Below are positions 37,324 to 52,300 of a DNA stretch of 64,000 nucleotides, one piece after another; within the stretch, counting starts at the first letter, position 1; every line of letters starts with the position of its first letter. Position numbers and translations under genes: made by a program. Origin of the DNA: Lytechinus pictus (lineage: Eukaryota); assembly GCF_037042905.1 (NCBI RefSeq), contig NC_087249.1, positions 44,888,001 through 44,952,000 of the forward strand, in the 5' to 3' direction. The notes under the pieces were generated by a model. It was not told the origin of the DNA. It worked only from the letters and a program-made list of their open reading frames with translations, and made no database searches.

Positions 37324-40300
37324 TCCTCACATTATATTTGAGGTACGAAGAAACAAAAACTAAGTTAAAGATTTCAAAGTATCCAAAGAGATTACCGGTA
37401 TGCGGAAATCTGCTGTTCTTGATCAATTCATCTACAAATGTTTGCAAGAAAGAAAGGTCCCGACAATATTGGCCACTTACACACTCACTCACCTCACAGT
37501 CACAGTGTACACACACACAGCACTGCCGTTCTTGTACATTGCAAACTACGATACGGTACCAGTACATCTTATCAAATAATGATCTGTGTCTTTCCCGCCG
37601 TAGGAGGAAGAAACATTCACATTTCTTGCATCACAAACTCACAATCACTTTCAGAATTTGTCTAGCATTCGATGCCTTAGCATGAATTTTGGATACGGGA
37701 TTACAGGAAGGATCAAGAAACAAAGAAATTTGCATTTTTTACAGTTGTTTTTACGGCGTCGTGCCGTCTCTCTCGTTGCGTGGTGTACATGGTATCTTAT
37801 GAAAAGCAAACGGGAAAGAAAAAATAAGCTGGCGCGAAACGGGACTTTGGAGGTGATCGAGGGTTAAAATGAATAGCGCCAGCTTAAGTCACACTATAAC
37901 CACAATACAACGCAAGCTAGCTCAGCTAACTCAACTCTCGCGCTCGCTCAGCTGTGACAAAATATTACCGAGTATGCTTGGCTTCTCTTTGAACTTAGCC
38001 AGGGAACTTCGCTGCTTTGAACCGAGAATATAGTCGAAATTAGTGTCATGAATGTGGGTGCGTTTGTTATGGACAATATTAGATAAGATCGTAATAATCG
38101 CTTCTCATTACCCGCGGCTCATACCCCTCTAAATGACATTGCCCTGGGCGGCTACGCCCGGCCACTCGATGTGTTGTGAACTGGCAGACGTCTTACATGT
38201 TCGGGAGGGGTTACGATGGGCTGGCTCAGACCCGTCACGGTGGATAAACCGCACCCCCGACTTTTGCTTCTATCCCGCCGAGAAAAAGGTGCGGTTAATA
38301 GACCATTACTTACGGTATCTTTTATAAAAGTGTAATTGATTTGGTTTCTTTTTATTTTGAACAGTCAGATTTCTATGTTTCCAACTAGAAACAGTGTTAG
38401 ATAAAAAAAAACCAATTACACTAAATGCCTATCATATCTTCTGTATAACCTACAAGGAGAAGCTAATATTAGTCATGATATGGTTCCCCCCGCCCTAGAG
38501 CATTGATGAGGAGGAGTCCCAAAGCGGTGGTGATACTCTAGGTAACAATGTCTGCGACAGGCTTACAGAGATCTTCAGGACTGCTCTTCGTGTTGCCTAT
38601 CCTTCCCTTACCAATGCTCCTGTGTCCGTCCAGCCCAGTCAACAGGAGAGGTTTGGAGACTACCAGTGCAACAATGCTATGATAATTGCCCAGGTGATTT
38701 CATATTTGTCTTGTGACAATGATGATAATAATAATATTAATAGGCATATAGGTATATTTACCCAGGGAAGCCACTTCAGTTCTAAAAACTGTTCTCCCAG
38801 CGGGCCCTGATATTATTATTACCCCAGTTGATGATGATGATGATTGTGATGATGGCTATGATGATGATGATGATGATGATGAGGATGGAAGTCTTTTACA
38901 TCACTAGTATCAGCCAAGTCAGGCTATCGTAGTTCTCGCTCCACAAGGAGCACAATGATGTTATAATTGCCCCCTTTCCTAAATTTTAGAACAAGCTGTG
39001 TCCTTGAAAGCACAGTTGACCATTAATAAGTCAAAATGCTGCATTTTACCCCATGACCCATATTCTGAACTCTGAATATAAAACTCTGGTCAAAAAGTGC
39101 ACTTGAAATATGGAAAGCCAGATGTTACAAAAGTCTTTAACATCGCAGGCTCAATTTGTCAGCTCATTTTAAACTCAAATTATTCATAACCATCTGGGAA
39201 TGATGACTAAAAATGTTTTCTTCATCAGTATTAGGAAAAAACAGAAGAAAAAAAAAACATATGTCATTTTTATATTTTGTTTAACATTCAGCTTCCCATA
39301 ATTTGAAAACACAGTGAGACCATGCAGTGTCTAAGTTAACCTGACTTCAGAATACGGGCCTATGTCACTGTTTTGTTAGCTGTATATTTAAGTCAAATTG
39401 TGATTATATCTTCAGTGACTTGCCAAGGGCAAGTATATTTAATTATTTTTTCAAGCATTATGGATAGTTTGAGAACACTAGCCTTGTTAAGTCCAATATG
39501 TTTTGTTCTTTTTGAAATATAATTTTTCTTCTTGAAATATAATTTTTCTTCTAGCAATTGAAGGCTCAAGGCTCCCCAGTCTCACCCCGAGTTGTTGCCC
39601 AGCAGATCCTGGCAAACATCCCTCCAAATGATGTCATTGAAAAGGTATGGATATAAACAATCCTCTATTATATGGTGCTCGGTATAGCAGAATGGTGTTT
39701 CTGGGACAAATACCCTTTTTGCCATTCGATTGTTCACCAAGGTAAACAATCAAATAGTTTGAAAAATCAAGATCCCAGGTTAATCAGAAATCATAAAAAG
39801 TTGGCATAGTACGACCTACCAGTGGTCACACACAATGAGCGAGCTTACTCAGTCTAGTGCCCCTCATTTTTGGATTCATTAATTCTTTGCATAAATTTCC
39901 ATTGTTTTCTGCATTTAGTTGTCAAATATCAAAGATTATATCTATGTACTTTTGATAATCTAATGACTCAAATCATTATTCAACATTTGGCGTTAATTTA
40001 ATTAATGTAAAAAGTTGTATTCGGTTGCCGATTGCATCGATGGTTTGAGTTTTACTCCCAGGCCTAGTCTCAAATTCAGAAAGGTGGTTTTGAAAACCCA
40101 CGGTTGAATCCATGGTTTATGCAGATTTCCTGTATAAATTATGCTTAATTTAGCGCGTCAGGGACTCGGTTTTATAATTATGAGGGGAGCAATAAAAAGC
40201 TCTCCTAGAACTTTTAAGGAGAGCGGTAGAGGAGCACTGCAAAAAGCTCTTCTTCAACATACAAGGGGAGCTTTTTGTCCAATTAACAAAACAGATGGAG

Positions 40301-43300
40301 GAAATATATGTACTAAGTTACAATCAACAACCAAAGGAAGGAAACAATCGAATATGCAATATTTATAATTGTTTTACAATGTATTGTAATTAGATTGTAA
40401 AACCTGTTTGAGTGAGGTTTTGACTTTGGCTAAAAGTTAAGTCACTGACAATTTTTTTTTCGGGGGCTCAATTTTAATTTTTTTGTCAAATTTCGGGGGC
40501 TCTTTTTTAATGCTACTTTTTTTATATCTTGAGGAATACCTGTTCACTTATTAATGAATCATTACTTTTTGTTAAATATTGTATGATTTTTTAAGTTATT
40601 TTTTCTTGCTTAGAATCTTGGATGTAGGTGTGTGGCACTGTGCGTGTGTGTGTGACTGTGAGTTGGACTTGGATATAAATGAATTCAAAATCTAATTTCT
40701 ACTCCGTCTATTCCAGTACAATACCCTGTACTCGGCCATGTACATGTAATAAAGGCCCACATACCCTAACTTTTCCTGAAGTTCTTTGAAAACGCAGATC
40801 TCCATGAAAATTGCATTTCTCTATGGGGGAGTCTAAATTCGTTGAGAATGTATTCATTAAGAACTTAAATATACATGACAATGAAGAAATCATCAAACTT
40901 TATTGGCAGTTTTGAATAATATACCTGAAATGTAAACTCTGTCTGAAACAGAAAATCACCATCATTGAGGCCTTTACTGAGCGAATTGTCCCCCAGAGCT
41001 CTGGCAGAGAGACAGAGCTCCGACTGGCTACATGCGCCAATGCGTTCGTGCGTGAGCCTGCAGCCGGCCTTGTAAAATAGATGGAGCTTTGTTTGATGAT
41101 TTATTTTCTGATATTTACCTCATCCCCTAGAAAAAGAAAACAAATTATTTTTTAGTTATAATTAATAAATAAGGTAAGTTATTTTGGATGTTAATAGGCC
41201 GTTTTGAAAAGCAAAGCCAAATGACAACTCACCAATGCTAGGTTACTAGACTCTGAATTGTGATATCTGTAGGGGATACATGTGCATTAGAAATTGCACA
41301 TGGTGCGTGGTAGTCATAATGGACCCCTATACATGCAACTGTTTCCCGACCGTTGCGTTGATTTTTTTTTCCATACCTGGTACCATGTGTATGGAAATAC
41401 GTGGTACAGAAAAAAAGATGCAACTTCGGAATTTGAAACTGCGCTCGCTATTTTCAAGGCTTATTCATGATTTTTAGTGTGGATTTTGGATGATTTTTAA
41501 ATGGTAAGCGGAGCTCGAACATATGGCGTTAGTGGGCCGTTGAGTTGTTATCCCTCGGCAATGATTTCCGCGCAGCTCAGCGATCGCGAGGCGCGCTATT
41601 AATCGCGCTACCTAAAGTGGATTAAGGCGCGCATGTAGCGCGCGATCGCTCTCGCGTGCCTTAAAATCGAGTCCCTGGCGCGTGTATAAAAAATTCCAAT
41701 GCTGATGCGCGCTTTTGTCACTGCTGTTACCATGGTTAGATATGCTATTTTATTCATGAGTCCACTGTTTGAAGAGTGGACTCATTAATTCAAAACAGTG
41801 GACTCACAAATAAAATAGCGTACTTAACCATGGCAACAGGCGTCAATTTAGCGCACAACGACAAAAGCGTGCATCAGCATTGAACATTTTTTGATGTACG
41901 CGGTAAATAAGCATAATTTATACAGGAAATCTGCATAAACTATGGGATCAACCGAGGGTTTTAAAATCCACCTTTGTGAATTCGGGCCTATATGCTTGAC
42001 AGTACTTTGGTCATCAGATTCTGACCTACATTTCTTAATCACTCCATATCACAGCAGAGACTACCAAGCTCAAATTACTAACATATACTACATTGACTTT
42101 GCATCCTATTGGATACCCAACCATCTCCTGAGTGGAGAGTGGGTTAGTGTAGGTTGGCATCTGTGATCTAGAATGTAGTTCAAATGTGCTTTGTATCCAT
42201 CAAATATTGGTACCTGATACATTGTTCATAATCATAATTGAAAGATTTGATTCTTCAGATGATGAATATTTTGATCTTGATTTGTTAAAGTTAACAATAA
42301 ATCCTATTAAAGCAACTCGTGGGGGTGGTTGGATTGGACCCTGTTCAGCCAACTCAGATACAGGATTTTGGTAGCTTGTTAGAGATTTTGTGAAATAAAA
42401 TCACTGAAAAATCAGTTCATGAAATACTCCCCATGGTTATCCCCTTTACCAGGTTGATATTGCCGGACCTGGTTTCATCAACATCCACCTCAAGAAATCC
42501 TACATCGCCCCCCTCATCACCGGTATCCTGACCCAAGGGGTACTCCCTCCGCCCCTCAAAAAGAAGAAGAGGGTTGTCATTGACATGTCTTCTCCCAATA
42601 TAGCCAAGGAGATGCACATCGGTCACCTGAGGTCAACCATCATCGGGGAGAGCATTTCTCGGCTCATGGAGTTCGTAGGTCAGTCGGACTGAGTCCTGAG
42701 AACTTTTTAAAACTGTATTGGCCCGTAATCTGAACTTGTGTTGCATTCCACTCTGGTCTTAGTTTATGGTTTAACTATGGAATATGGATGGCCAACTGTG
42801 ACACAAACATCTAAAGGCCACTGCACACCTTACCATTGGTCTGTGCCCCGATTTTGGAATAAAATGTTGTAGAATTTGGTGATAATATTGAGAATGGAAT
42901 ATCTTATTGTGTAATGTTCTAATCATCTTCTTAATATCTGTGTTCAAACTTATCTGTGACTATGCTTTCATCCATTTTAAAATAAAAGTGAATTTAATAT
43001 CTAGTCGTAATGATGTCATAGTAATGGTATGATTTGAAATTCATTTGGCCTTTACTCCAAAATAAACGTTTGCAATAATCCAAATGTGTTACATTAGTAT
43101 TCTTACAGTTAATTTGAACCTCACAGAGAAAAGATACTTTTCATTCACATTTTATGTAGTTTAGCAAAATGCGATTTGTCCCAAACTCAGATCGTGAACC
43201 AGTCATTAGATACATGTGCAATGGCCTTAAGAATACAAGTTATATTTATTAGCTCACTTGACACCAATTATTCATAACTGTCAAGAAATAATATTGTTTT

Positions 43301-46300
43301 CTTCACCATTAAATCACGAGGAAAGAGCATAGTAAACTCGAAACAACAATGTAAACAAAATTGTGACATTTTCGGCTCCCACAATTTTAGCTCAGAGTTA
43401 GACCATGGTCTAAGTTCAACCAGACGTCAGGGGCCCGTCTTATACAAAGAGTTGCTATTGATGCTATTGATCCAATCAATCGCAACTATGGATGGCCAGT
43501 AACGTCAACATCTATTATGCATGTTTGTTCAAAATATTTTCCAGCTATGATGTATATTCATGCATTCATTGTTTTCTTAAAAAATCACTGTGCTTCTTTT
43601 TGTTTACAAAGGACATTGTGCAAATTTCCTGTAGAAAAAATTATGACACTGATGGATTTCCATAGAGTTACAATTGAGTGGATCAATCGTAACTCTTTTT
43701 AAGACGGGGCCCAAAATACAGGCCTATAACAGGAAGTAGAATTAATATCAGAGTGTGCTATTGTGTTTTGATGGATTCCTGTATGAATAGTGTGACTGCA
43801 AGGATTGGATTAAATTTTCGATAAATTGATTTTTTTTTTATATTTCATAAAATAGCCTTACAAAAGGGCATACTAAAGCTTTTCAACATGCACTCATTGG
43901 AATGACTAAATCGCTAGAACAAAACAATATATAAAAGAACCTGAACTACATGTAGACAATGGATGCTAAATAGCGAGCCACGATTGGCTGTCAAGGTAAA
44001 CAAGTTAGGCTTAGTACCAGCCGTAAATTGAAGCGAAGCAACTAAAATAACGCAAGGGTTATTACGAACTCCTGGCGGCAGAGAATCGGGTCTGTTAGCG
44101 GGATATACGCTGCCTCGAGCGTGCGCTAATGAGTGAAACTCCTTGCTCGGCTGAGCACCTTGAAATTACATATTTCAAGTAATGAATTATGCAAATAAGT
44201 GTAAGAAATTGTGTTTTTTTTGCCTTTAATTTCAATGAAATTTCAATTTGATTCCCTTAGGCCATGATGTGTTGAAGGTGAATCATCTCGGAGACTGGGG
44301 AACTCAGTTTGGCATGCTCATCACCCATCTCGCCGATCAGTTTCCAAACTATCTCAATGAGTCTCCTCCCATCCAGGATCTTCAAAAGTTCTACAAGGTC
44401 AGTTTATTGTGCGTGTGTGTGTGTTTGAGTTTTTAGAGACATGTATCAATCAGATGTGGTTATTTACGTCTGGGAATGACCTTTAACGTCATCATCTGAA
44501 AGACATGGGGCCCGTGTCATAAAGGACTTGCAACTGTTGTAACTTTGCCATCATGGCAACTACCATGGAAACCTTGATTGTGATTGGCTGCTGAGCCCTG
44601 TTACCATGGTAGTTGCCATTATGACAAAGCTACAACAGTTGCAAGTCCTTTATGAAACGGTGCCCCAGGGCTAGAACCTCTGAATCAAATTGTAACTTCC
44701 CCATGCAGCTTAGCACACACCACAATGCCCAGTTCACTTCAGGTTTTATTATAGTCTTTTCAACAGGCAAAAATCTATTATATTTTTTTTTACTTTGAGG
44801 GGCTACTTTACGTTTTATAAACTACTGGGTAAATGTACAACAATAGGGAAGCTCTAATATTGCAGTGAATAGGAGGGATTTCTCTGGACTTTTTTGAGCT
44901 TTGTGGGGATGAAATCTCCCCCAGTCACCATGCAATTTTTTTCCATGCTTCTCAAGCATATAAACATAAGGGCTCTTCCATCAACCCTTTTTGTTTGTCG
45001 GGTTCCCATTTTTGACGTCGCTTTTCCGACGGCGGTGTTGTCAATATTGAAATCTTAACCAAGGTTAAATTTTTATAAATGTCATCATAACTTAGAAAGT
45101 TTATGGATCTAGCTCATGAAACATCAACATAAGGGTAATAAAGTGTGAATGATTGTTTTGCACATGTCTTAGGTCACATGATCATGATCATAGGTCATTT
45201 TGGGTCAATGGACATAATATTTTATTATCATATTAGTGTTTTCTTCTGTGAATAATTATTCATTAGCTGTTTTCAAAGTCAGCACTGCTGCTATATTGAA
45301 TCACGTAATGCAGGTGAGACTGCCATAGGCGCTCCACTTGTTTTACATTTAATATTTCACTTCACAAACTGCTCCAGCCATGATAGTCTTGATCTTGAAC
45401 CTTGAGGATTTGAATCCAACACTGGTATCTACAATACTACTTGATTACTTTTATTTTGGTTTTGGTTTTGGTTGTAGGAATCAAAGGTGAGGTTTGATGG
45501 TGATGAAGAATTCAAGAAGAGGGCATACCAGATGGTTGTTAGACTCCAGGGTGGTGAACCGGCTATCATCAAGGCTTGGGAACTCATATGTGACATCTCA
45601 AAGAGGGGTCAGTAATAAATAATGATTTTCATTCGGTCCAGGTCAACTCGGCTTTTGAGAAAACTCGGCCCGCCAAAAAATTAGGTGCCGAATTGCCCAT
45701 CGTGAAACTTAACCCTATTGTAAGGTTGATACTAAATTACAATAAATCAAATTAAATCACAGAAGAAAATATTGCAATTAATTTGTATTTGATAAAAATA
45801 TTTGTCAACAAAATAGTGGTCCGATCTGCACCTAATTTTTTGGCTGGGCAATGTTGTCTCTAGTGCCGTTTTAGCTGGCACCCTTCTTACACATCCATGG
45901 TAGCCGAAAGGTCGTGTGAATTCCTTTTTTTCTTTCACAAGTTTTGACTATAAATATAAAGTTTATGTAAGCAGAGTTTGCTGTGCTAATTTCACACTAC
46001 TGCCTTTTTTTCCCCTCCAGAATTCAACAAGATCTATGAGCGCCTTGATGTGAAGAATTTAATCCCAAGAGGAGAGTCGTTTTACCAGGAAAGGATGAAT
46101 GTTGTTGTAAAGAAACTTGAGGCTGGAGGTAAGATGCTTTCCTTTGAACATTCTGTATTTGGGATTGATTTGGAATTTATTTAATATGGATTTGCCATCC
46201 AAATCATACTATACAAGTGAGTGTATGAACAACCCAAGTCCATCTTTTGGTCAAATTGGGTTTTAACGAGAGATATTTTTGCTTACACATAAGCCCCTCT

Positions 46301-49300
46301 TTTGTGTGATTTATATCCTAGAATCCCAGCCAACATTTCCCAAAATGAATGAAAAACGTGACCAAAATCCTCATTGGGTATACATGACATGAAGATCATT
46401 TTTGTTTCTTGATTTACTCAAAATGAACTATCGTGGGCTGGGGTTGTTTTGATGTTCATATACTCAATTGCATACAGGCATCAGGAAAATAAATCCAATT
46501 GAGGTAAACCATAGGAAAATCACTGATTAGTCAACAAATACTAAATAAATACTACGATTTTTTTAAATTTTGTAATCATAAAGATAATTTCTTTGCCAAT
46601 TGAATAATTTTTGAATTACTGGCAACCACTTTATTTTAGTCTTCTGTTCTGAATTTGAAAAAAAAAATTCAAATCAGATCTAAGAAAGAGTCGTAGAGGA
46701 TTACCTCTTGCTCCATACCAATACCCACAATGCACAATGATTCCATCTGCATTTAAAGTACCCAAAATGTCCAGCCTTGCATTTGGGGTGCATCACATAA
46801 ACTGTGGTCTGTAAAAAAGAAAAAAAAAGTAATAGAAAGAAGTCAAATGGCAAGGACCTCGATGTGCTTTACGAGGCACAAATCAGTCTGCCCATGCTTG
46901 TGATATCTTTATTGAAAGTAGATGTGGCCTCTATATGCTGACCTGTTATATGAAACAAATTATGCACAGTTTGATGTAGGCACACAAGGCTTGTCACACG
47001 TTGAAAATACCCTGAAATGCACTACATCGCCACTAACACATTCACATCGCCACTAACATATTCACGCAATTGTCCATTATTTGTGTAGTAAAATATGCAA
47101 TCAGTACATGTTTTAGTCATTACAGAACAGACTTGTCCTATAAATACCTCATTCCAGTAAATCCTAACCTGACTTTTCTCCCATAGGATACTTGGAGTTA
47201 GACGAGGGTAGAAAGATCATGTTCACACCGGACAGCACCGTGCCTTTAACTATCGTTAAGTCCGATGGGGGCTACACCTACGACACCTCAGACATGGCCA
47301 CTCTGTACCAGAGAGTGCATGAGGAGAAAGGAGAATGGCTCATATATGTAGTTGACATGGGACAGGTTAGTTTACATGCAATTCAACATTCATTCATTTT
47401 CAAATATGCATTTTCTTTCCAGATAAATCATTAATGTAGTTGCATTGTAAATAAATTAGAATATATATTATATTATATTTATATTGGAAATATAAAAGTA
47501 AAATTATAATAGGCAAAAGAGTCAGTGCCAGCCAGAAGTGCAATGATAATGGTGGTGGTAAACATTATTTTAATGGAAAAAAAGCATGAATTTTCCACTT
47601 CATTGTATATTTCAGAGGTGTGAGAGCTTTGTACCCCATTTTATGATTTTTATTTATGACTTTCAGCTTAATTTCAGCTCTTTTCAACATTATTGACCTT
47701 TTTTTCAGCTCTTTTTATTTTGTGATCACTTGCACCTCTGATGTGGTGTCTACTTAATCTATTTTGTATGGCAGGGAACTCATTTCGATGCAATCTTCAG
47801 CGGCTGTCGCAAGGTCGGATGGTATGACCCCAAGAACGTCAGAATAGAGCATGTCGGATTTGGGGTTGTATTAGGAGAGGACAAGTAAGTGTTTTGTATT
47901 ACTGTGTGACCCATTATACAAAGAGCATATAGGCATGAGCGCGATGGTATGCAATTTTTCATGAGGTTAAAGAACGATGCTGTAATAGATTGTCGCTGTT
48001 TCACCTAATGCAAAATCTTGTACCATTGAAGTTTGAATAGCATTTTTGGTCACAAGAGAAAAGCTCTCAACTAAGTAATGTACAGTCCTATGTAAAAAAA
48101 TATGCTCTACAAAAGAACTTTTTTTTTAAAGCATAGCAGTCTTTAAAAATGTGGAGCAAATTGCGATGCGATACCAGGAAAATTATTCCCTGAAAAAAAT
48201 ATTTCCTGTTTGTGTTTAACAACGATTTGGAAGTTGTGAAAATGCAAAGAAAGAAATTTTGAAAAATATTTTGTCCTGTGTGTTTGTGTGATGGCAATTC
48301 TAACTGGATGGGTTTCAGAACTGGGTGGTTGTATGAACTGTGATATTTAATAACTGTTCCAGGACTTAAACTCCCTTACAAAACTTTTCAAGTTACCCAT
48401 GATTGCATTATGGCCAAATCAATTCCGTTTGCCAGGGACACGTTTCATAAAGGCTTGCATTTATTGTACATTTTCCATTATTGTATTAAACTACCATGGA
48501 ATCCATGATTGTAATTGGCCCTGTTACCGTGATAGTTGCCATAATGGCATAGTTACAGTGATTGTAGGTCCTTTGTACCCGATAGGAAAGAATACCGGCT
48601 TGAAGGCATGTGACTTGAAAAACATGGGTTCTAACTGTCGGTCTTTGAAAATGACATCTCTATATGTGGCTCCGATTCATTTAGCATTTTGCAGAGTGTA
48701 TAGAAAATATCGCAAATAATGGAAAAAGTCAAGTTTGAAAAAAAAAAATCAGAATGGGTTCCTTCTGTTAATGGATGGCAGCAGCGTGGATAACCGTTAC
48801 TCTGTTTTGTTTGACGTTAGGAAGAAGTTCAAGACTCGTTCTGGAGATGTTGTCAAGCTGGTTGAGCTTCTCGATGAGGGGCTGAGGCGATCGTTGGAAA
48901 CGCTTAAAGAGAAAGGAAGAGATGAGGTATTTTCAAACTTTTTCCTACTTGTTTATTTTACAGTTGTGGCATGGAGGAAACAAATTATCTGTTAGAAAAT
49001 ATGACTGTATGGCCATTTCGCGTGCTCTGATGGCTACTCTACTCTCAAAACATCTATATCTCGTTTGAGCTTAATGTAATATGACTCATTAGTGACATAC
49101 CATATAAGATATGCAGCGTAATGTGATTTCATGTGAGATATTAAGCAGAATGTAATGCAATGCAAATTTAAAGAGTTCGGTTTTAGTTAGCGTAGGGTTA
49201 CGGTTAACTTACGACTGCTTTGCGAGTATACCACCCCGAGGTCTGTATTCTGAAGTCTAGTTTGAATTAGACCATGGTCAAACTCTGCTAAAATTATGGG

Positions 49301-52300
49301 AAGCCCAAAATTTCAAAAGTTTGTTTACATTTTTTTTCCCTTATGTTTAATTTTCCTCTTCTCAAGTTTTAATGGTGAAGAAAACAATTTTACTTATCAT
49401 TTGTGTGTGTCAAAGTCAATGATAAATTGAATTTGTAAGCTGATAAATTAAATGTATAGTGTTACAGTTTTTTTCGCAGTTGGCTATCAATAGCTAAACC
49501 GCTTATTTCCAATTCGTGGAATTGGCAACCCGCCTACTACCATTTGGTCTATCATCGGTTCGTCTACTCACCACATGGTCTTTCTTTCAGTTAGTCTAAT
49601 GCCATTCCGTTTAATAGCCAGTTGGTCCAATAGCCATTTAGTCCATATACCATTTGGTCTTATTAAACTAAAGTGTTAATTGTGCAAAATGAATGAGAAG
49701 AAAATGGGTATTAGACCAACTGGTTATTAGACGAAATGGTAATAGATGAATTAGTGATTAGACGAAGTGATGATTGGACCAAATGGTGGTTAGACAAAAT
49801 GTTGATGGACAGAATGGCATTAGACTAAATGAAGGTAGACCATGTGGTGAGTGGACGAGTTGGCAGTGGACGAATTGGCAATTCATCAGCTAAACCACAA
49901 CTGTGGTATTATACCAGAGTTTAAAATAATGCCATGTTCAGAATACGGACAACATCGTCAGTTCTAAACACGACTTAAAGTCACTCTTAAAATGCTCCCC
50001 CCTGCAGGTACTAACAGCCGAGGAGCTCAAAGCAGCCCAGGAATCTGTGGCCTATGGATGTATCAAGTATGCAGATCTCTGCCATCGTAGGACCAATGAT
50101 TATATCTTCTCATTCGACAAGGTAATAACGAATTCATGCAACCCACGATGCCGCCAGCAGGCTATACATGTATAATCCAGTATTCATCACAAATTATGAA
50201 ACCTACTTTCTGTTAAGCTTTTATGCAATAATTTTGTTTTCAGGGTTCCAAGCCCATCAGGGAAATCAGGGAAAATTATTTTACTTTTTTCCAGTCAGGG
50301 AAAAAATCAGGGAATTTGATAAAAATGCCTCAAATGAGGAAAAATCAGGGAATTTTGATAAGCCCAAAAGTCGAAAGCACGGAAGTCAGTCAGACTCTGT
50401 ACTTTTTTGTTGCATATCAATGTGGCGTCTTTTACATAGTGCGTTGTAATTTAATGATATGTACTAGGATTGCCTTGAATCAACCTCTTTCTGTATAAGG
50501 TAAGGAAAGGATGGCTGTATGGGGAGAAGGGATGCCTGTGTAATAGTACTGATTAGTTTTACATTATTGTTTTTATACTGAAAATACATGTAATTCTCTG
50601 TAACAACTACTAAAACATGCGAAACTGGGAATGGGTTGAAATATCAGAATTTTTTAACTTCAGGGAAAAATCAGGGAATTTTGTTTTCTGAAAAGCTGGG
50701 AACCCTGTTTTACAGCAAACTGAGAGTACAAGAATTCACATTAACTGTCACACTTCATGAATCGGTATTGGTACAAGAAATCCAACTTTAAAGTCTATCA
50801 TTGGAAATAAACTCCTTTTCATCTTTGTGAATATTCAATATAGGAAAAAATGAGCAACAGGAAGACAAACCCTTAGATCACCACAGCTAATGCAGTCACG
50901 ATGCACTATAGCTACTGTACATGTGTGCATTTATAGCTCATGCATAGGTATTTAGTATTCTTGGGTAACAATTTTAAATGGATCAGGGCCTTTATATGAT
51001 ATGAATAGGCCTAGAGAGATATGACTTATATTTACCAAATTAGATCATATCGTCTCAGGGTGTAAAGGATCTAACAAGGTCAGTAAACTTTTTTGTAAAG
51101 ATAGATGCTAGCTGTGGTTAACTGAATTTGAACATTATCAAATAACAATGTGTTAGTTTTCATATTGTATAATTGTTGCCCCAAACATTGGAAGAAGAAC
51201 ACTCATATCAAAATTCTGCAATTGCTTATGAATGACAAGGGTTAATTATGCATTTTTACCTATTAATTATCATTTATTGCGAGTAGAGATTCCTGTGTTT
51301 ATTTCCCTTCAGATGTTGGATGACAAAGGGAACACTGCCGTCTACCTGCTCTATGCATACACCCGTATCAGGTGAGTCACGGTCTGAGAAAGTTATGATC
51401 ATTTGTATATCGAGGTCGCTAATGCTTATCGAGGTCGCTAATGCTTTGGACATGACAAAGTGACCAGGGTCCTGTTGCATAAAAGTTACTATTATGGTAA
51501 CATTGCCATCAATGCTGATCAACGGCCAATCAAAATCAAGGATTCCATGCAAGTGACCTTTGGATGGCAAAGATACCATAATGGTAATTTTTGTGCAACG
51601 GGCCCCAGGTTTTATTAAATCGCTCTTGTACAACTACCCCATTACTTTTGCACATATTTCGATGTAATTCTCACTTTTATCAAGTCCACCTGTAGACCAG
51701 GGGGTGTTTCACAAAGAATTAAGTATGACTTGGGGGGTGTTGCAAGAAAATATTTGCAATCGATTGCGAATATTCTGTTGCAATTTTACAATTGACAGAT
51801 CAATTTTGACTATAGCAAATCAGATTACACCCCTTGTTTCAAGAAGCAGATTAAGAATCATTCACAAATTTTTAATCAATTGCGAGACCTATGATTGATT
51901 TAGGGACTGAAAATAGACTTGCAATTGATCGCAAGTTTCTTGCAACGCCCCATTAGAGTCGCACCTAAATGCGCAATCTTTTTGATCAATATGCAGTATG
52001 ATCTTAGCATGATCTGGCCAATGCGGTCATGCCTTTTATTATGCATGCAACTCAGCATTTCAGTGTGACTCTAAGGGGGTGTTGCAAGAAAATATTTGCA
52101 ATCAATTGCAAATATTCTGTTGCAATTTTACAATTGATTGATCACTTCTAACTGTATCAAATGGGATTACACTCCATGTTTCAAGGAGCAGATTAGCAAT
52201 CAATCATGAATTTGCAGTTAATTGCAAGACTAGTGATTGATTTAGGGACCAAAAATAGACTTGCAATTGATCGCAAGTTCCGTGCAACACCCCATAAGCC

